64,000 bases of DNA from Chrysomallon squamiferum (GCA_012295275.1 CM022667.1:19096001-19160000); one strand, 5' to 3'. Shown: positions 1 to 34,009, numbered from the stretch's first letter. Translations and numbers: made by a program. The notes: generated by a model not told the origin, from the letters alone.

Positions 1-2883
1 TAATTACTACTAATAAAACCAATCACAATTAAAAAAAATGTTAAGCCTAGATGGTTCACAGATAATCAAAATATAGCCTGAAATCTTATCTGTGATCACC
101 CTTCAGAAAAATAAATAAAATAAAAATGAAATAATATAAGGAAAACATATTTCAGTTTAGGAAGTTATATCTGCACAATTTAATTTTTAAATTTAACAGA
201 AAAATACACGCAAATATAAAAAATAAAAAAATAAAAAGATTTTGAAGACGTTTACTAAAACAGAAATATGGAAGTTCAAAATAGCTGTTAGCCGTCGTTT
301 CATGGCTGTGTACAGTATTGGAAAACAAGTGAAAATAGCTGGTATTCCACTGTGTTAGCTGGCAAAAGTCACAGTTCAGTTATAGTTACAAAAAGAAAAA
401 TTTTCTTTTGCATTAGTTTTGCCTCTTTGTCACAACAAGACATATAACAACAACAACAAGCAAATTTATTTTTAAAATTAACATCACAAAGAAAAATCTG
501 CATGAACCAATCGTGAACATTATTTCAGTCTTATCTCGCTAGATTTTTTCAGTTGAAAACACACATTTTCAAGCTTTAATAGTTTTTGTTTGTTTAGTTT
601 TTCTTTTTCTTTCTTTTCTTTGCCTCTCTCCACTAACCGGCCTGAGATTTACTTCCCTGCTACTTATTGTTACCCATTATCTTGACAAGGCCATTACTGA
701 AGCTTAACAAAGGTCAAAGGTTATCTTTCCTATCACATAAAAGACAGTGCTATGGAAACAGGTGTCTTGTGGCAATATTCTTTTTCAACCTGTTTGTGTG
801 AGAAAACATAAAAAAAAAAAAAAATATCTAATCAAGGATTATGAATTTAGCTTAAGAAACTCCCATGCAGTTTGGTGTAGGTGTGACTGCTTACTGATTT
901 TTATCATTTATTTTATTTCATTAGTCAGCCAAGTTTCAAAAACATGCCTAAGTCAGAAGAGAGGAAAAGGCTGTTGTACAGATTACTGATTGGTCTGATG
1001 GTTTAGTTATGTGTAGAAATCCTTCACATAAGTCATTTTCTACATCAGACACTACCATCATCATTATTACTTTGAATGAAAACATTTAAACAACAAAAAA
1101 ACCTCAACAATAAACAAATTTAAATTTTCTTGTCTGTCAAGAATATTTTTTATATTTTAATGAAATAAATAAGTAAATAAGTGAATAAACAAATAAATAA
1201 ATAACTATTAATAAATTTTTTTTTTAAAAAGAAAGATTTTTTCTCACATAACATAGGAACAATATAATGTTATCTCTTGAAACAAAACAAATACAAGAAA
1301 CTCAAAATGCACTTGCATATTCATAAATAAGTAAACACTAGAACGATTATCTTTATCAACCAACACAACAACTTTCTTTGTTCTTGCAAACACCAAGTGA
1401 TTCTAACTGTCTTCATACTTAAGCAAATGTGATAAAAAAATTGTTTAAATCTTTATGATTACAATGGATACTGTTTGTTTTCTCTGCATAAACAAATTTT
1501 ATATAATGATGTAAACTTCTGTTACACACAAGAAATTTAGGTTAGAATAATGTGGGGGAATTGCAGTGTATGAAATGAAAATATATCTGTGTTGTTATTT
1601 AGTATCAGCATTCAAATATCTTTTGAATATTTCCAATTTTAATGGTTGCCAATTTTATTGGTCCATAAAATGGAGACCAATAGTTTTACTTTTATGTAAT
1701 TCTATTTATACACATTAATAGATATACTTAACTACCAAAATACTTAGCTACCTTCCTTCTTTCATACCTGCTTACCTATCTACATAAATTGTTTTAAAGA
1801 AAAAGAGTGAATGTCATTGCAAAGAATCCATGTTCTCAGTTTATACAGAATTTTGTATGTATTTATGAAGGTATTTTTTCCAACTATTGCCATATTTTAT
1901 TAACAGCAAAGACTGGTTCCAGTTTAAATTAAGTAAGGTAACACCAACAATCTACTGTAATAAGAAAATGATTTTACAATGAATTTCTTTAATCTCAACA
2001 CAATTTTATCTTAACTGCTACTTGCTGTCACAAAACTGCAATGATAAAGAAATAACTTTAGGTTCCTATAACCCTCTTCTTAATGCGTATTATCATTTGA
2101 CGCTTATACAAAAATAAATAAATAAATAAATAGCGTGTGTGTATAAATTATAAATACATTTTTGTTTCTTTATTCTGATATGGCCACTCTACAGTCTTCT
2201 TTTCTCTCTCTCTCTTTCTCTCATTCTCTTTCACACATATACACCATACTGAGATTATCCATCTTAACCTATATTCCTGTTTTATCCATCTGCTGGGTAC
2301 AAAGAGATGTTGGATGACTTATACTAAAGTAGGTACCAGTCTAATTAACACCATTCCACACACTTATTTACCAACAACCTGTAAAACTGTTATTTTTCAA
2401 AAACACACTTATTAGTGTAAATATCCTGAATTATTACAAATAAAAAAAGTTTTATATATAAAAAAAATAACACCTGCTGCCTGCCAAAAAGAAAAACAAC
2501 CGCCCTTCCAGCAAATAAAGTGTATGTATCTGTCGATAAACGATTGAAAATATTACATATCTTTTTTATTTTTTTATACTGTGTATATATTCTGTTAATG
2601 TTCCCAAATCACACTCTGCTATATATATTCACACACATATTTAAACATACTAATCCATACCAATATAGTAATGTATTATGTACTCATACACACACACACA
2701 AACACAACACAACACAACATAAATTTACACATACTAACCTATATATACATACACCTACAGAATATTATATACATTTTATTAAGATAATTATTCAGTAACT
2801 ACTGTTCTGTTTATGTTCCCATATTACACTAAGCCATGCTCAAAGACACACACACAGTTATACATACTAACGCATATGTGTGA

Positions 2884-2934
<51 letters not shown>

Positions 2935-4966
2935 CACACATATCAATATAGTATGTATTATGTACTTGCACATACACTTTACTAAGATAATTAAGTACTG
3001 ACATTATGTACTATATACATTAGCTCTGATTTGTTAATGTTATATATAGGAGAGGATAAACACACTGATTTGTTGGAAGGTCACTCAGTTATAAACAGAA
3101 CATCTGGATTTGGTTTTTGGCAAACTCTTACTTAGCTCCCTAAGAGCTGCAAGCAATCCAACACTATAAATCAGATATCAACTTTGCAATCAAAGTACAA
3201 TACTGAAATAAGATTTTAATTAACTCAGATGCTTATCTGTCATCACAGATTGAACTGCATCATGATGATGATCATCATCATCATCACTAATCATCTCTAG
3301 TATTATAAAATTACATGAGGATATAATTGAACAGAACTATACATATTTTTATTGAGTTTTTTTTCCTGCCCTGTCACAATCACATATCGAACTTCATGCT
3401 GCTGCTGCTGCTGATGATGATGATTATGACAATTATAAACCTTAATAATGACATAATAAATTTAAGATATTCTTGATATGAAGTTCTCTGGCATTTATTT
3501 AATTCAAATACAGAATGGAGTAAAATTTGGCTTTTTATCATTATCAAAATATATTTACAGTTTCTGCTTGTATTTGTGTGGGTTTCTGTTATCAGTTGCA
3601 TGCATGGTGTGAGAAACTGAGACAGCAAGACAAAAACATATATAAAATAAAAAAAAATAAAAATAATAAAATGTTTAAATATTTTCATGGTTTTATTATC
3701 AAATGTAACAAATGAGATTTCTGAGGTACAGACTCAAACTGTACATATTAGAAGAATCCAATGACATAAAAATTTATACACACAGTGATTAACTGAAGAA
3801 TGTCTCAAACAAACATGTTCAGTGCATGAATTGAACTGAGAGAAATCTGACAACATAGAAATTCTTTTACTGGGTGATATGTATACAGAATAAATTGACA
3901 CCATGGAAATTTACCCAGCCCATGAATGAAGTGCACACAAGAAATGGAGAACATACAATACTATCTGCTGATGAAATACAATATTCCAAAAAAGAACAGT
4001 GATTCTTTTCTATCCACCATGACACCAGACTTGAACTCCTCCATGTTGATGAGGTGACATGTTATTTGTGGAAGAAACTGACTCCTATCCAATGTTTGGT
4101 GTGTTCCTCTGACCCAACCAGTCAGGTGGGAATGACAAATATTCACTTCACATTCAGTAACAGTGAACAATTATAAAATTATTTTTAAAACATTCTCTAT
4201 AATTTTTATGCCTACTTTGAAGTAATTGTTATTGTAGCCAGTCTCTGCTAATAATAAAGTATGAATAATCATATTTCTATGGAGATAAATGAGAAGAGTG
4301 ACTTTAGCGTCTTTTTCGTGACCTTGTGATGACACACATCATTGATTCATACATAAAAATACTTTTTAAATGTCAATTAACTATTGATAAGGTCACTTAG
4401 TCACATTTATTTCTTGTCAACCTTTATTTTCAAACATCATTATCTCTGTATCCTGAGCACTGACATGAACATGTACAAATACGTTGGTCTGTCATTATAA
4501 TGTCTTAATAAAATCTCTAATGATACAGACTTTGTTTTGAGGGAAGGAATTTACTGTTTTAAATTTTACCAGATCTTAATGATAAATCAGTGTACAGCAG
4601 TTTTTGGTTGTTTTATGGAAATCATCTTTTGGAAATCTCTTCATATTTTACTGTTTTAATCATAACCTACAGTGTACAAGGATGGAATAATTACTGTATG
4701 AGTAAAAAGGTCAGAAAACTTTTCATTTGTGTCATCCTTATTACTGTTATGGTGAAATAATCAAATATAATTAATAAATTCTATAACAAAACTGTCCAAA
4801 TATATATATATATATCTGTTTTTGTGTTGTGGAGAATGTGTGCAGTTTACAATATGGCAAATAATACAACTTTTTTTTTTTTTTTTTTAACTTTATTTTG
4901 TCTGTGTGTTTTGGAGGGGAAAGCTGGCTACTGCTGTTTCAACAGGTATGAAAGGTAAAGACTCAC

Positions 4967-18122
<13,156 letters not shown>

Positions 18123-18419
18123 CGCAAATAACAGCGGGGTATACGAGACTATTGTATGGAATTCCGTAAATAACTCGGCCGCGCAGACCTATCCACTGTC
18201 GCTTCAGCCATTACAATGGCGACAGTTCACTCATTGGCGTAGGAATATGTTAAACACAGTCTACCTTAGTTTTTCTTTTGGTATTAACTTGTTGAAAGAT
18301 ATCTATTATTAAATAACATTAAATAAAATTCCTCTTCAGATAATTGACAGTTATTTAATATATGTTGAAAGACTGTTGTTTTTTTATGCTGCGTACTCTT
18401 TTCACTCTCGCTAAAACTT

Positions 18420-18510
18420 GTCGTAAGCCGGAAGTAAAAGTAAAGTCGCACCTTGGTGAACTCAAAACACGCACACGTGCGACGAGTCTGGCGGGAATAT
18501 TTAAACTGCA
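18420..18510. promoter_or_regulatory. Probable promoter of the LIM gene
   Basis: CpG-rich patch about 300-400 bp upstream of the ATG. Contains ETS CCGGAAGT (18428-18435), E-box CACGTG (18474-18479) and E2F-type TGGCGGGAA (18489-18497), followed by TTTAAA (18500-18505, CHR-like). Confidence 0.5.
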
Positions 18511-19716
18511 AAATTCTCTTGCGATCCTTTCAGAAAAGCTTTTTACTCTATGCTGTTATAGACCCATGACAAACAAATAAATTCGCACTTTTTTTTTTTT
18601 TTTTTATTAATCTCTTAAATTATTTTTTATTTGACTTTTCAAACTATACTACTCAATAAAATAGTGAATAAATTATTACTCTTGCATGCGTCGTATCTGC
18701 TAAGACGTTTCTGTGACATGCGCATTCACAGTCACGTTTAATGTTTGGTACATCAAACGCGGCAAATGACTGGTAGTTAAAATTTCCCATGATACTCAGA
18801 AATGCAAACCTTCTGATGTGCCGACATAAAATTTAAATGACTTTTGTCAAATCTGGATGAATTATAAAATAGAAGCATTTAATATATATATATATTATAT
18901 ATGTACGTTTTAAATCATTTTCTCACAAATTACTATAATATAAATAAATAACTTGAAAAAGAAATTAATTAATCCTAAATGTATAAACAAAAAATAAATA
19001 AATATTTAAATATTTAAAAATTAAAGAAAACCAAAATATGCTGCCAGATAGATAAATAGAACATGATAACTCTTTCATTAATCATACATTCATCTGCTTC
19101 AACAAAAAATTCACAATCACGAGCATGTGAAATATCTGACGTATCCATCTACTTATCACGTCATTTACAGCTTTCTGTTAATGTTTGTTTGTTTGTTTGT
19201 CTATTGTTATGTAAGTAATAAAATTATATACACATGCATAAGAAACACACATACACACAGATATAATTATGTATAATAAAATAGCATTAAAAAAATAAAA
19301 AGGGCATGCAAGAACAGAATGAATAGCAACTAAATAAATAAACATGACCCCATATTTAAAATATTTTCAGAATGTATCCTCGGTGTCAGATATATTTCAC
19401 CACACGCTTAAAATTTTAGAAATATTTGTATCGCGTGTTTAATTAGGTCACGTATAACGCTGATTGATCGGTTTCCTGTTATCCCGTTGAACTCTAAAAA
19501 AAAAAAAAAATAAAATAAAATAAATTTTTTTTTTTTTATTAAAACATAATGATAATTCTGTTTGAAAGTATTTGAACGTATTGCGTCATAATAAATAATA
19601 TCTGAATGAATCTACAAATCAAAGTTAGTTTAATCTATATAATTTTTCTGTCTCTATCCTTCTCTGCTGTTATCAATCTCTATTTATTCTTCCTCTTTCT
19701 TTAATGCGCGCACGCA

Positions 19717-19763
<47 letters not shown>

Positions 19764-19821
19764 AAACTCATATTTATAAGCTCGCTTCAAAAGTCAAACA
19801 TCAGTGAATATGTTAGAGACA

Positions 19822-19855
<34 letters not shown>

Positions 19856-22800
19856 TCTCCTGCAAGAATCAGATATTAAATCTGTATTTCACACATGCTT
19901 GTTAAACTGGAAGACAGATGATTACATAATGAACGAAAATTATTTTTGAAACGTGAATTATTTTAACCTCTGAACTTAAATAAAACGTTGTCACTGTTAT
20001 CCTCTCTCGCATTTTAGGCTGTAACGAAACACTTTAAACGTAACGACTCTAACGACAATGCCAGACGACCCAAATGCTAATTAAGGTAAAACCACACAGT
20101 CGTCAAATTAACTGGGACGAAATAAATAATTAGATCTTCTTTCGTATCATTTATTTTTTCCTTCCTTCCTGTTCCATTTAATAGTCTCAAAAATTGCTCT
20201 AAATTGCTAGGTTCGCGCTGCAAAGGGTGGAAAATTAAAGACCCCGTATCAAAGGAATTCGAGGGTCTCGACCCGTTAATACAAACAGTAATTTAAACTT
20301 TCAGCTGGTATGCACAGACTACTGGTAAATCCCGGATAGGGAATTTCTCTATGCAATTACAGTCAATATTAAAACACAAAATAGGTCCATACATCAAACA
20401 GCTAAAGGTGTGGTCACAGAATGTAACTTTCATCAACATCAAATAAACCGAAGCAGTTTAATGTCACCAGTTGTTGTTATAGAAATAAATAACAGTAGTT
20501 GATGGCTTTAAAATAACATATTAAATGAAATAAATCATAGAAAAAATATCTGCAATACATTCTAAATAGTCAGCCTTTAAATAGCCTGACAGTCTTTACA
20601 AATCTGTTTGTATGATCCAACCTTAAACTTTTTGCAGAGGCTAATTTTAACGGCGTTGTCGTAGGTTTTCATACACCTCTGTTTTTTAACCGTTTGTCCT
20701 CTCTGTTCCGGACCCCATTATTTCGTATAACAGTTTTATTTTTGTTTATGAAGTAACCAAAGAGAAGCAAGTTATAGGTATCAGTGTCCAAGGAAACAAC
20801 AGAGATTTTTAAATACAAAAACATTCCTCTTTCTCCTCTTTTCTTCTTTTCTTTCTCATTTCTTTGTTCATCGCTCAATCGCTTCTCTGTCTCTCTTTTT
20901 CTCTCACACACTCACAAAGAAACATACACACACACAGACATTTGTTATATACACGTACAAACAGATATACTGTGTCGTTCTTATTTTAAAAAATTAAAAT
21001 CTAACAGACCGAAAAACATATGCTTAGTTAGAGATATAACAATTAATAAGAGAAGAAAGACTAAAAGACAAGCACGGAATTTAACAACAACAAAAATAAC
21101 AAAACCGTTTAATTTTTGCTTTCAAATTCTAAATTAAATCCTTAAAATATGCAGAACATCTTTTTTTTTGTTTTTTTTTGTGTGAATGTCACTGTAGTCG
21201 TTCACACCCCTACCGATAACAAGCTGTGTAAAGGAATGTGGATTATTCCGAGGTATTAAATAGTTTTAAATCTTCACCCCTTATGAGTCATAATCTTATG
21301 TTGCTTCAGCAACGTAGTGTCGGGTAAAAATGTCCTGTTTCTATTTTTAAATCGGGTACAAAAAAAGAAGAAAAGAAATAATAAAATAAAGAAATAAAAT
21401 GACGTGCAGTATGTAGAAAATTGTTATCTTTACGATAACTGTCGCTGTTGTTGTTGCTGCTGTTGTTATAAATGACATTGTGTTAGGAGGGATAATACTT
21501 ATTTATATTTATCATACTTATTAGACACGTTCATGAATTTTAAGTACCTCAAGGTAAACCAGAATAAAACGACAATAATAACAAAAACAAATTAAAAATA
21601 ATAAATAAATAAATAAATAAATAAATACATAAATAAGAAGCAACAATAACAACAACAACAACAATAATAATAAGAAGAAGAAGAAGAAGAAGAAGATGAA
21701 GAAGAAGAAGAAATAAATAAATAAATATATAAAATAGTAAATAAAATAAATAAATAAATAAACAAAACAAAAACAAAAAAAATAAATATAAAAAAATAAA
21801 TAAATAAATTAATTAATTAATAACGATTTTGAGTTAATTAATATTTACTTATCTTTGACACTTTGTTGCCTAGTTACATTTTTTTTTGTTTTGGGATATC
21901 TTTTATATTAGTTCATTTTGATGTTCGTGTTACCACAAAATTAGCATTAGCAAAAGTACTTGTTGTATTACTAGTAGCAGCAGCAGCAGCAGCGACGGTA
22001 ACAACAGCAGAAAAATAGTAGTGGCTGTAGTAGTCGCTGTTGTCACGTGAACAGTAATTGTTGACCAAAACGTTTCAATAAACAAAGAACGTCATAATAA
22101 AATGACGTGACAGGTAAGTTTATCAAGATATGCAGGTAAGAAAGTTTTCTAACGTTATTGTTACAGTTTTGTTGTTGTTGTTTTCTTCATTGTTGTTGTT
22201 GATGTTGTTGCTGTTGTTGTTGCTGTTATTGTTAATGGTCTACAGCTGTTAATTAGGTTTCAATAAATGTTTTTTATTTGCCAAAATATGTATATTGAAT
22301 TTGTACTAAATGAAATATATACAACATAATAATTATGGCATGGATTTAGCATTGAATATTTTAAAATATAAACGATACCGTAAATAAAAGTAGGGGACGT
22401 AACTGTTAAATTACATCTCGCATAAATAATGCTGAATTATTTCGATTTGCTCCCTTGACTGTTTGCATTGTTTTTCATTAGTATATTTATCTCAGAGAAT
22501 GGCTGAAAAAAAAAAAAAATTTGATGAAGCGATATAATTTAACTATTTTAAATGTTTGTGCTGTGATGTCTTTAACATCCATAAAATTGAATTTTAAATA
22601 GAATTCAGATAAATGTATTTAATTTCGAAACATTAATTGCTTAAATCCACACCTATACATGTACAGACACAAATATATTAATGCATATTTTATATCGACA
22701 TATTAATGTAAAAACGTGTATATACAAGCGCATGCTAATACATAAATACATAGATTCTCATGCATATATAATCATGCATAGACACACAAACATATTCAAA

Positions 22801-23624
22801 AACGCAAAAATATATTTTACAAATATGTGAAAAATAACATATGCAAGTAAAATAATAAAAAGTAAAACTAATGAAACAAAATGTACACCAGTGATAAAAT
22901 AAATAAATAACACTAAAATCGCAGGTACCAAATCAACAATGTTTATTACTAAATATTTATATTTGAAGATAACTTCACGATTTTATAATTTAACAACGTC
23001 GTTATAAACAGATTTATCTTTAATATTACAGAATAATATAATAATATAAATAATAATATAACGATAACACTACAGAATAATGTTGCACCTATCTGTGTTC
23101 ACGATCGGCGAGTGCACGTGAATGCGTATGAAACTATGTATAGAAGATATGCATATAATTTTACATAAATAAACAGATAAAAATATAGAAGAAAATATAA
23201 AATAGATTATTTTTCTCTGTAGATACATGTATGTATTATTCAAATGATGAGATTACAGATAAACAGACATACGGACAGATAAGAGTTAAGTTGGCACGTT
23301 GTAGTAATAGTTAAACTTTGACAGACACAGACTGAGAGAAAGAAAGAGAAGCAAATGACAGACATATGGACAGAGAGAAAAACAAAATTTTTGAAAATAC
23401 GTTTGTCATTGGGACGAACCTATTATCACGGGTGTTAGACAATATGAACTTTTAATGTTTTTTTTTTTTTTCCACTTTTGTTTATATAACCGTCTTAACG
23501 TTTTGGATATGCAGTATATTTACAATGACTGTTTATGTACTGTTTATATAAATATATCTCATAATTATGTTATGCATTTATACAGTTCATCACAGATTAA
23601 ATCTATTTAAAATAAATTCCTGTA

Positions 23625-28462
<4,838 letters not shown>

Positions 28463-29412
28463 AGTGCTGCAAAAGAATAAACATATATATATTTTTTTTA
28501 TTCAGAAAATTGCTTGTGTTAGTTTTGTCAAGAAAGGTAAATAGAGTGAAGTCTTCAAAAGATCTGCTTTCGTGTAACTTGTGTTGATTAGAAAGCAGGT
28601 AATTGTAAACATCGGGTTTATTTTTAGTTGTATGAACTAAGCTGTAATTGAACTGACTGATTTTGAGTTGTGTGAACCATAGCTCATGGATTTATAAAAG
28701 AAACCATAATTATGTTGAAAACTAATTTTACACAGTTATTAGAAGTAAAAAAATAAAAAGGAGAAAGAAATAGACTGAATACTTAAAAAAAACAAAACCC
28801 ATCCATTACTAACTAAACAATAAGATTAAACTAAATACCCACCAAGAATACCAAGAAGACCCATAATTATATATATATGTATATATAAAACCACACCAAA
28901 ATTCACCATCAACAGATGAAAAGTAAAGAAAACAATCCCGAATCTCATACATACATCCACACAAACTTTGTATATGCATAGTAACAAATATACCTAAAAC
29001 GACATTATACCTGTACATATGTACACAAATATAATTACACACTACATCTCCAAACGCACCCACATAATATACAGACACATACACTAACAAATATATATAC
29101 AAACACAGATATATGTGTACACATAATATACAGATACACTAACAAATATGTATATATACAAACTGAAAGCTGAAGCCGTAAAAAGTGAAATATTTAATAA
29201 CATACGATTAACGACATTCTTGGCAAACGTTAATAGCCTCGAACTCGATCTGCTGTTTATTTGTAGTAAATCCATTTCAGCTTATTTCATTATTAGCCGA
29301 TTTTCAGCAGTCAGAAAAAACACATTTTTTATGCAGAGGTCACGTGACAGACTAAGAAGACTAAAGGCTCCTGGTATGGAATCTTGATACAGCGCTTACT
29401 AATATTATGAGT

Positions 29413-29560
29413 TACAGTCGATTCTCTATTTAACGGACTCCTGTTTGCTGTAGTTCGGAAAATATACGCATATTCTCGAAGCTATCGAAAAGCTTGTTAG
29501 GCATTTGGGAAATACTGAATTTACTGCTAGTGATGGGTGGCTTGGCAATAACATGGAGCA
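29413..29560 (+). mobile_element. Degenerate Tigger/pogo-type transposon relic
   Basis: TA-CAGTCGATTCTCTATTTAACGGAC resembles a pogo/Tigger TIR start. 29478-29546 translates as EAIEKLVRHLGNTEFTASDGWLG, matching the F.AS.GWL motif of the CENP-B/Tigger HTH domain. Confidence 0.55.
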
Positions 29561-29752
29561 TGATGAAGCTGGACATATAAAATCTGTGAATTTAGTTCAG
29601 TACATTATTCCACATTGCGAAATCAAAGGAAACTAACTTCTCTGTATTATTATTATACGTCGTTAATATAGTTATTTATGGTATTTCTAAAACCCAGGGT
29701 TTTTGTTTTTATTATTTTCAAAATATTCATTATATTGTTAAATATTGTGTTG

Positions 29753-29839
<87 letters not shown>

Positions 29840-30896
29840 GAGAGAGAATTGGTAAAAAGATATAAGAAAAAAGAAATCTCCAACAAATAAAAGTCTACCA
29901 TAGAGATACATATAAAAAATTCAAGCAGTATGAACTTACCAAGAACAATCCCAAAATCTGTAGTCAAAACATATTTCAAATTTTCAAATCTTACTAAATC
30001 AAAAACATTTAAAACGTGTTATGATTTGTTTAGGTAAATTAATATTATATTGTTATAATGAGTGCTGTTTTTTCTGAATATTATATGCCTCATTAATTTC
30101 TTGCATGTGATCTGTCAGAATCTACTTATTAGTCTGATATTAGCAGAGATCATTTGCACGCAATTTCTATCTAGATGAAGGATTCAATACTGAACTTCCC
30201 TGTCTTTTGTACTATAAACACAAAAATACTACCTCCCTGACATACCCACACATACATATCTACACTTATAGGTACACGCATACCGTTCATTAGTACTCAG
30301 AAATTGCAGGATTTTAGATAAGTAATAAGAACCAATAATAACAATGATATCGCCCAAACCAATAACAACAACAACAATAACAACAGCAGCAACAACAATT
30401 GACTTAGCGTACTGTTAACTTTCAGAAATAATTCGTTAAGAACATGATCATGACGAAGGATTATGAATACCAATGCTGAGTGTAATGTATTGATATTAAT
30501 TTGATAAAGACCTAATACTAGAATACAGTTCTGAACTTTGTAAATACGTAATTCTGGTTAATGTAAAAATAATTCAGTACAGATGTGTATCTTTGTCTGT
30601 GGTTGTGTGCTTCTTTGTGTATGCACATTCAGTATGCAATCACGTGTATGTATCCATGCATATACACGCACACACAAATACACACATAAAGTGAAGCACA
30701 CGCAATTGCACGCAGTCAGACGCACATACATACAAACACCGCTGATCTAGAATTCATTGTGAGACAAATACGACTGTTGATTAAGAATATACAAATTTAG
30801 TTAACTTAAAACAAAACAATAAATTACTATTGTTAATAATTCATGTATAAATTATTGTAAGCTCTGCAAGGGAATTATTGCCGTAACATATGTTAA

Positions 30897-31270
30897 TTCT
30901 TGATCTATGATTTAATACTGTGTCTGCTGCATATTTCATATTTGTTCTGAAGACGAATTTATATTTAAATAAATAATAGAGGTTTTAAAATTTTTAAAAT
31001 ATGGCGTATCTCGGAAAAGTCGCTTTTTGAAAAATATACAAGTTCTTGATCTATGATTTAATACAGCGTCTTCTGCATATTTCATATTTCTTATTTTATT
31101 TTTTAATACAAAATATGGCGTCTTTCGGTACAGTCGCTAGTTGAAAAATATACGAGTTCTCGATCTATGATTTAATGCAGTGTGTACTGCATAATTCACA
31201 TTTGTTCTGACGACGTTTTCACTTTTAAATAAATAATGGATTTCTTACAATTTTTCTAAAATATGTCGCA
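30897..31270. repeat. ~147-bp tandem repeat (about 3 copies, middle copy internally deleted)
   Basis: TTCTTGATCTATGATTTAATAC...CTGCATATTTCATATTT...AAAATATGGCG recurs near 30897, 31044 and 31158. Confidence 0.85.
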
Positions 31271-31635
31271 AATTGTAAGAAAGAAAAAAGAAAGAAAAAG
31301 AAAGAAAGAAAGGTAAAAATAAAAATGAACATTAATAGAAGCTGGAGGATTTTGTTCGGATATATATAGTAAATACTTTCATTATAATGTATGAGAAGTA
31401 GTCATTTATTGCTTCTTATTAGTAACTGTTGACACGGAATACAGATTAAAGTGAACACCGGGTGTGGGTCAGTGAAAGGTTATGGATAAGGTGGAGCTTT
31501 TTTTTTTTGATGGACATGTTTTTAATAATAATAAATATTATTTATTTATTTATTTATTTATTGTAAAATGAATATACTTATGCACAAACAGTTTCATGTT
31601 CATAATTTACGTGTATATCTCTCTCTGTCTCTGTA

Positions 31636-31670
<35 letters not shown>

Positions 31671-31954
31671 ATAAAAAAATCAACGACACATACTATACCA
31701 CAGACCAGGACTTGCTAATTCTGACACCTGACGATGGGCGAGGTTATTTGAATCTGAGTTATAAAACAATTCCAGCAGTGTTTATTAGACAGAGCTCTTC
31801 ACGTCATCCTAGCAACACACAAAAACTCGTACTTGACGTTTCTGTTAGCAGTAATCTTACCAAACAGAGTAATCTCCCTTTAAATTCGTACCCAGCAACT
31901 GTTGGCAAAATCATTTTATATTACATTAATTTTACTAAATCAATATACTTTTAC

Positions 31955-32005
<51 letters not shown>

Positions 32006-32557
32006 GTTTGTAGCTGACTATTTTAGAGAATATTAATACAATATCTTAGGGATCGACGCTTTCTGACTCTCGATTAACCACTTAACACAATGACCTTGCT
32101 AGTAAATTTTGTTTTTGTCCAGGACAAGCTTGTATCAGCCGGAGATATCTAGCATTTTGATTGCGACTCAAATAAATAAACAGATATGTATCGAAACCCA
32201 GTCCCTATAATAATAATATGTAATATAATTAGTTACCACGAATCATGCTCAGTGAAGAGGACCTTAAATATATATATTTAGTTGATATATTTTACTTCTT
32301 TGTTTGTATATGTAGTACTTTTGTCCACTTTTTCCCTTTTGTTTTAGTTTATGTTTAAAATGTCTTAAGATGTTGACAGTATTTTATAGGTTTCTTTAAT
32401 TTCAAAAAATGTTTATAATTTATTTTCAGCTTATTTTGCATTACTTTGTCTTCAGTTAAGTGTAAGTGTAAGTATTTTGCGCCAGTGAAATTTTTATTAT
32501 GAATAATAAGAAAAACAACACTGTAATCTGACTTTAATCATGTCACTTAAAAATATG

Positions 32558-32663
<106 letters not shown>

Positions 32664-34009
32664 CTGCTCGTCTCTGACTCTTAATGCAAAATGTAGACAG
32701 TATAAAAGTTTAATAAATGTACTGTAACGTTTTGAAATTTCAAATATCGATTTATTCCCCTCCCTTAGCCTTCAAACATAATTCTTTGAACTTTGTATTA
32801 CATATACCATAATACCAATATATACACACATACACATGCATAGAAGTATCTATGTTTCTTTCAGTAAGAAAAGAATCATGCGAGAATCGAAAGTAAATAA
32901 AAACATGCAACACCTCTATGACTGTCACAAATGGAAAAGGATTAACAGCACATTTGGGTAGAGAAGAAAAGTTTGTCCTAGTACATAAAACATAGTTAAT
33001 AGGTTAGGTCTGTTTCGGGTTAACCTGAAACGTGTATATTGACAATACTCATGGAACAATAGACACAGCTTACCTGTAAAAACGTTGTTGTTTTTTTTCT
33101 TCTGTTTATCCAGAGGAAAACATTCCCTGTCAGTCAAGTTCTGGCGTCTCGGCTACCAATGACGACTCTATTTTTAGACCAAAGCTGAATAAAACGATCT
33201 GGCTTTTCAAAAGTTAATATTTGTCTGTTTCAAAGCTTGGCACCTTACCAACGTCGACGACGACGGCGAGTTAGGGGCTAGGATATTAAGATTAATTGTG
33301 AATAAATTATATCGGCGCCATATTGACGTTTTTCGACTGGTATTTCCTGAAGTATGTGTATACAATCAGTCGCCATGGAGAGATCGCATATCGGGAAGAG
33401 GTAATCGTTAAGCCACATTAACACAGTACGACTTTTATTTTTTTACTATTATTATTAGTTTTTAACATTATAGACAGATATTAATTTAAATTTTGCTTTT
33501 CAGTAAAAATAAAGAAGACATTAATAAAAAAAAAAAAAAAAAAAAAAAAAATTGAAAAAAAAAAAAGAAAGACAAATAAAAAGAAAAAAAGATTGTGGAT
33601 GTTATATTTAGTCAGGTAGTGTGATACAGCTTTAGTGTCTGAATTTACCACTCAACTCTGGTTATCGAACTTGATCGGTTCTACTGAACTGGAAAGAGGG
33701 TTGTTTACATGTTGCTTTGACATGTCAGCAGAATAATTTTAGCAGTGACGGGCTTTTAAGGATATAATTTACTGTCGACTTAATCGTGCAGTGGTGTATA
33801 ATGACAGCATTGCATTCGAAAATCTTTATTTAAAATAGAGGTCTCCATTGATTGTTAACAAAGTAATAGTATAGAATTTCACGCATTTGTATCATACGCG
33901 GTAATACATATACTGACACACTTTCTGACATTTAAACTGAACACGCTCAGTAAAGGAAATGTACAGTGATACATATGACATTCATTAAGAAACAAACGTA
34001 AAACACACC

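Noticed and set aside
1-4966. Search for the next LIM exon (expected R.LRGKAFY-like)
   Set aside because: Not found by eye in this interval; probably lies beyond the window start.
20017-20086. Plus-strand AG...GT exon-like segment in a CpG-rich patch
   Set aside because: Stops in all three frames and no partner exons; at most a regulatory or non-coding element.
33612-33800. Possible tRNA or tRNA-derived SINE remnant (similar hints near 32050 and 40750)
   Set aside because: No cloverleaf or clear A/B boxes could be built; too degenerate to call without a repeat library.
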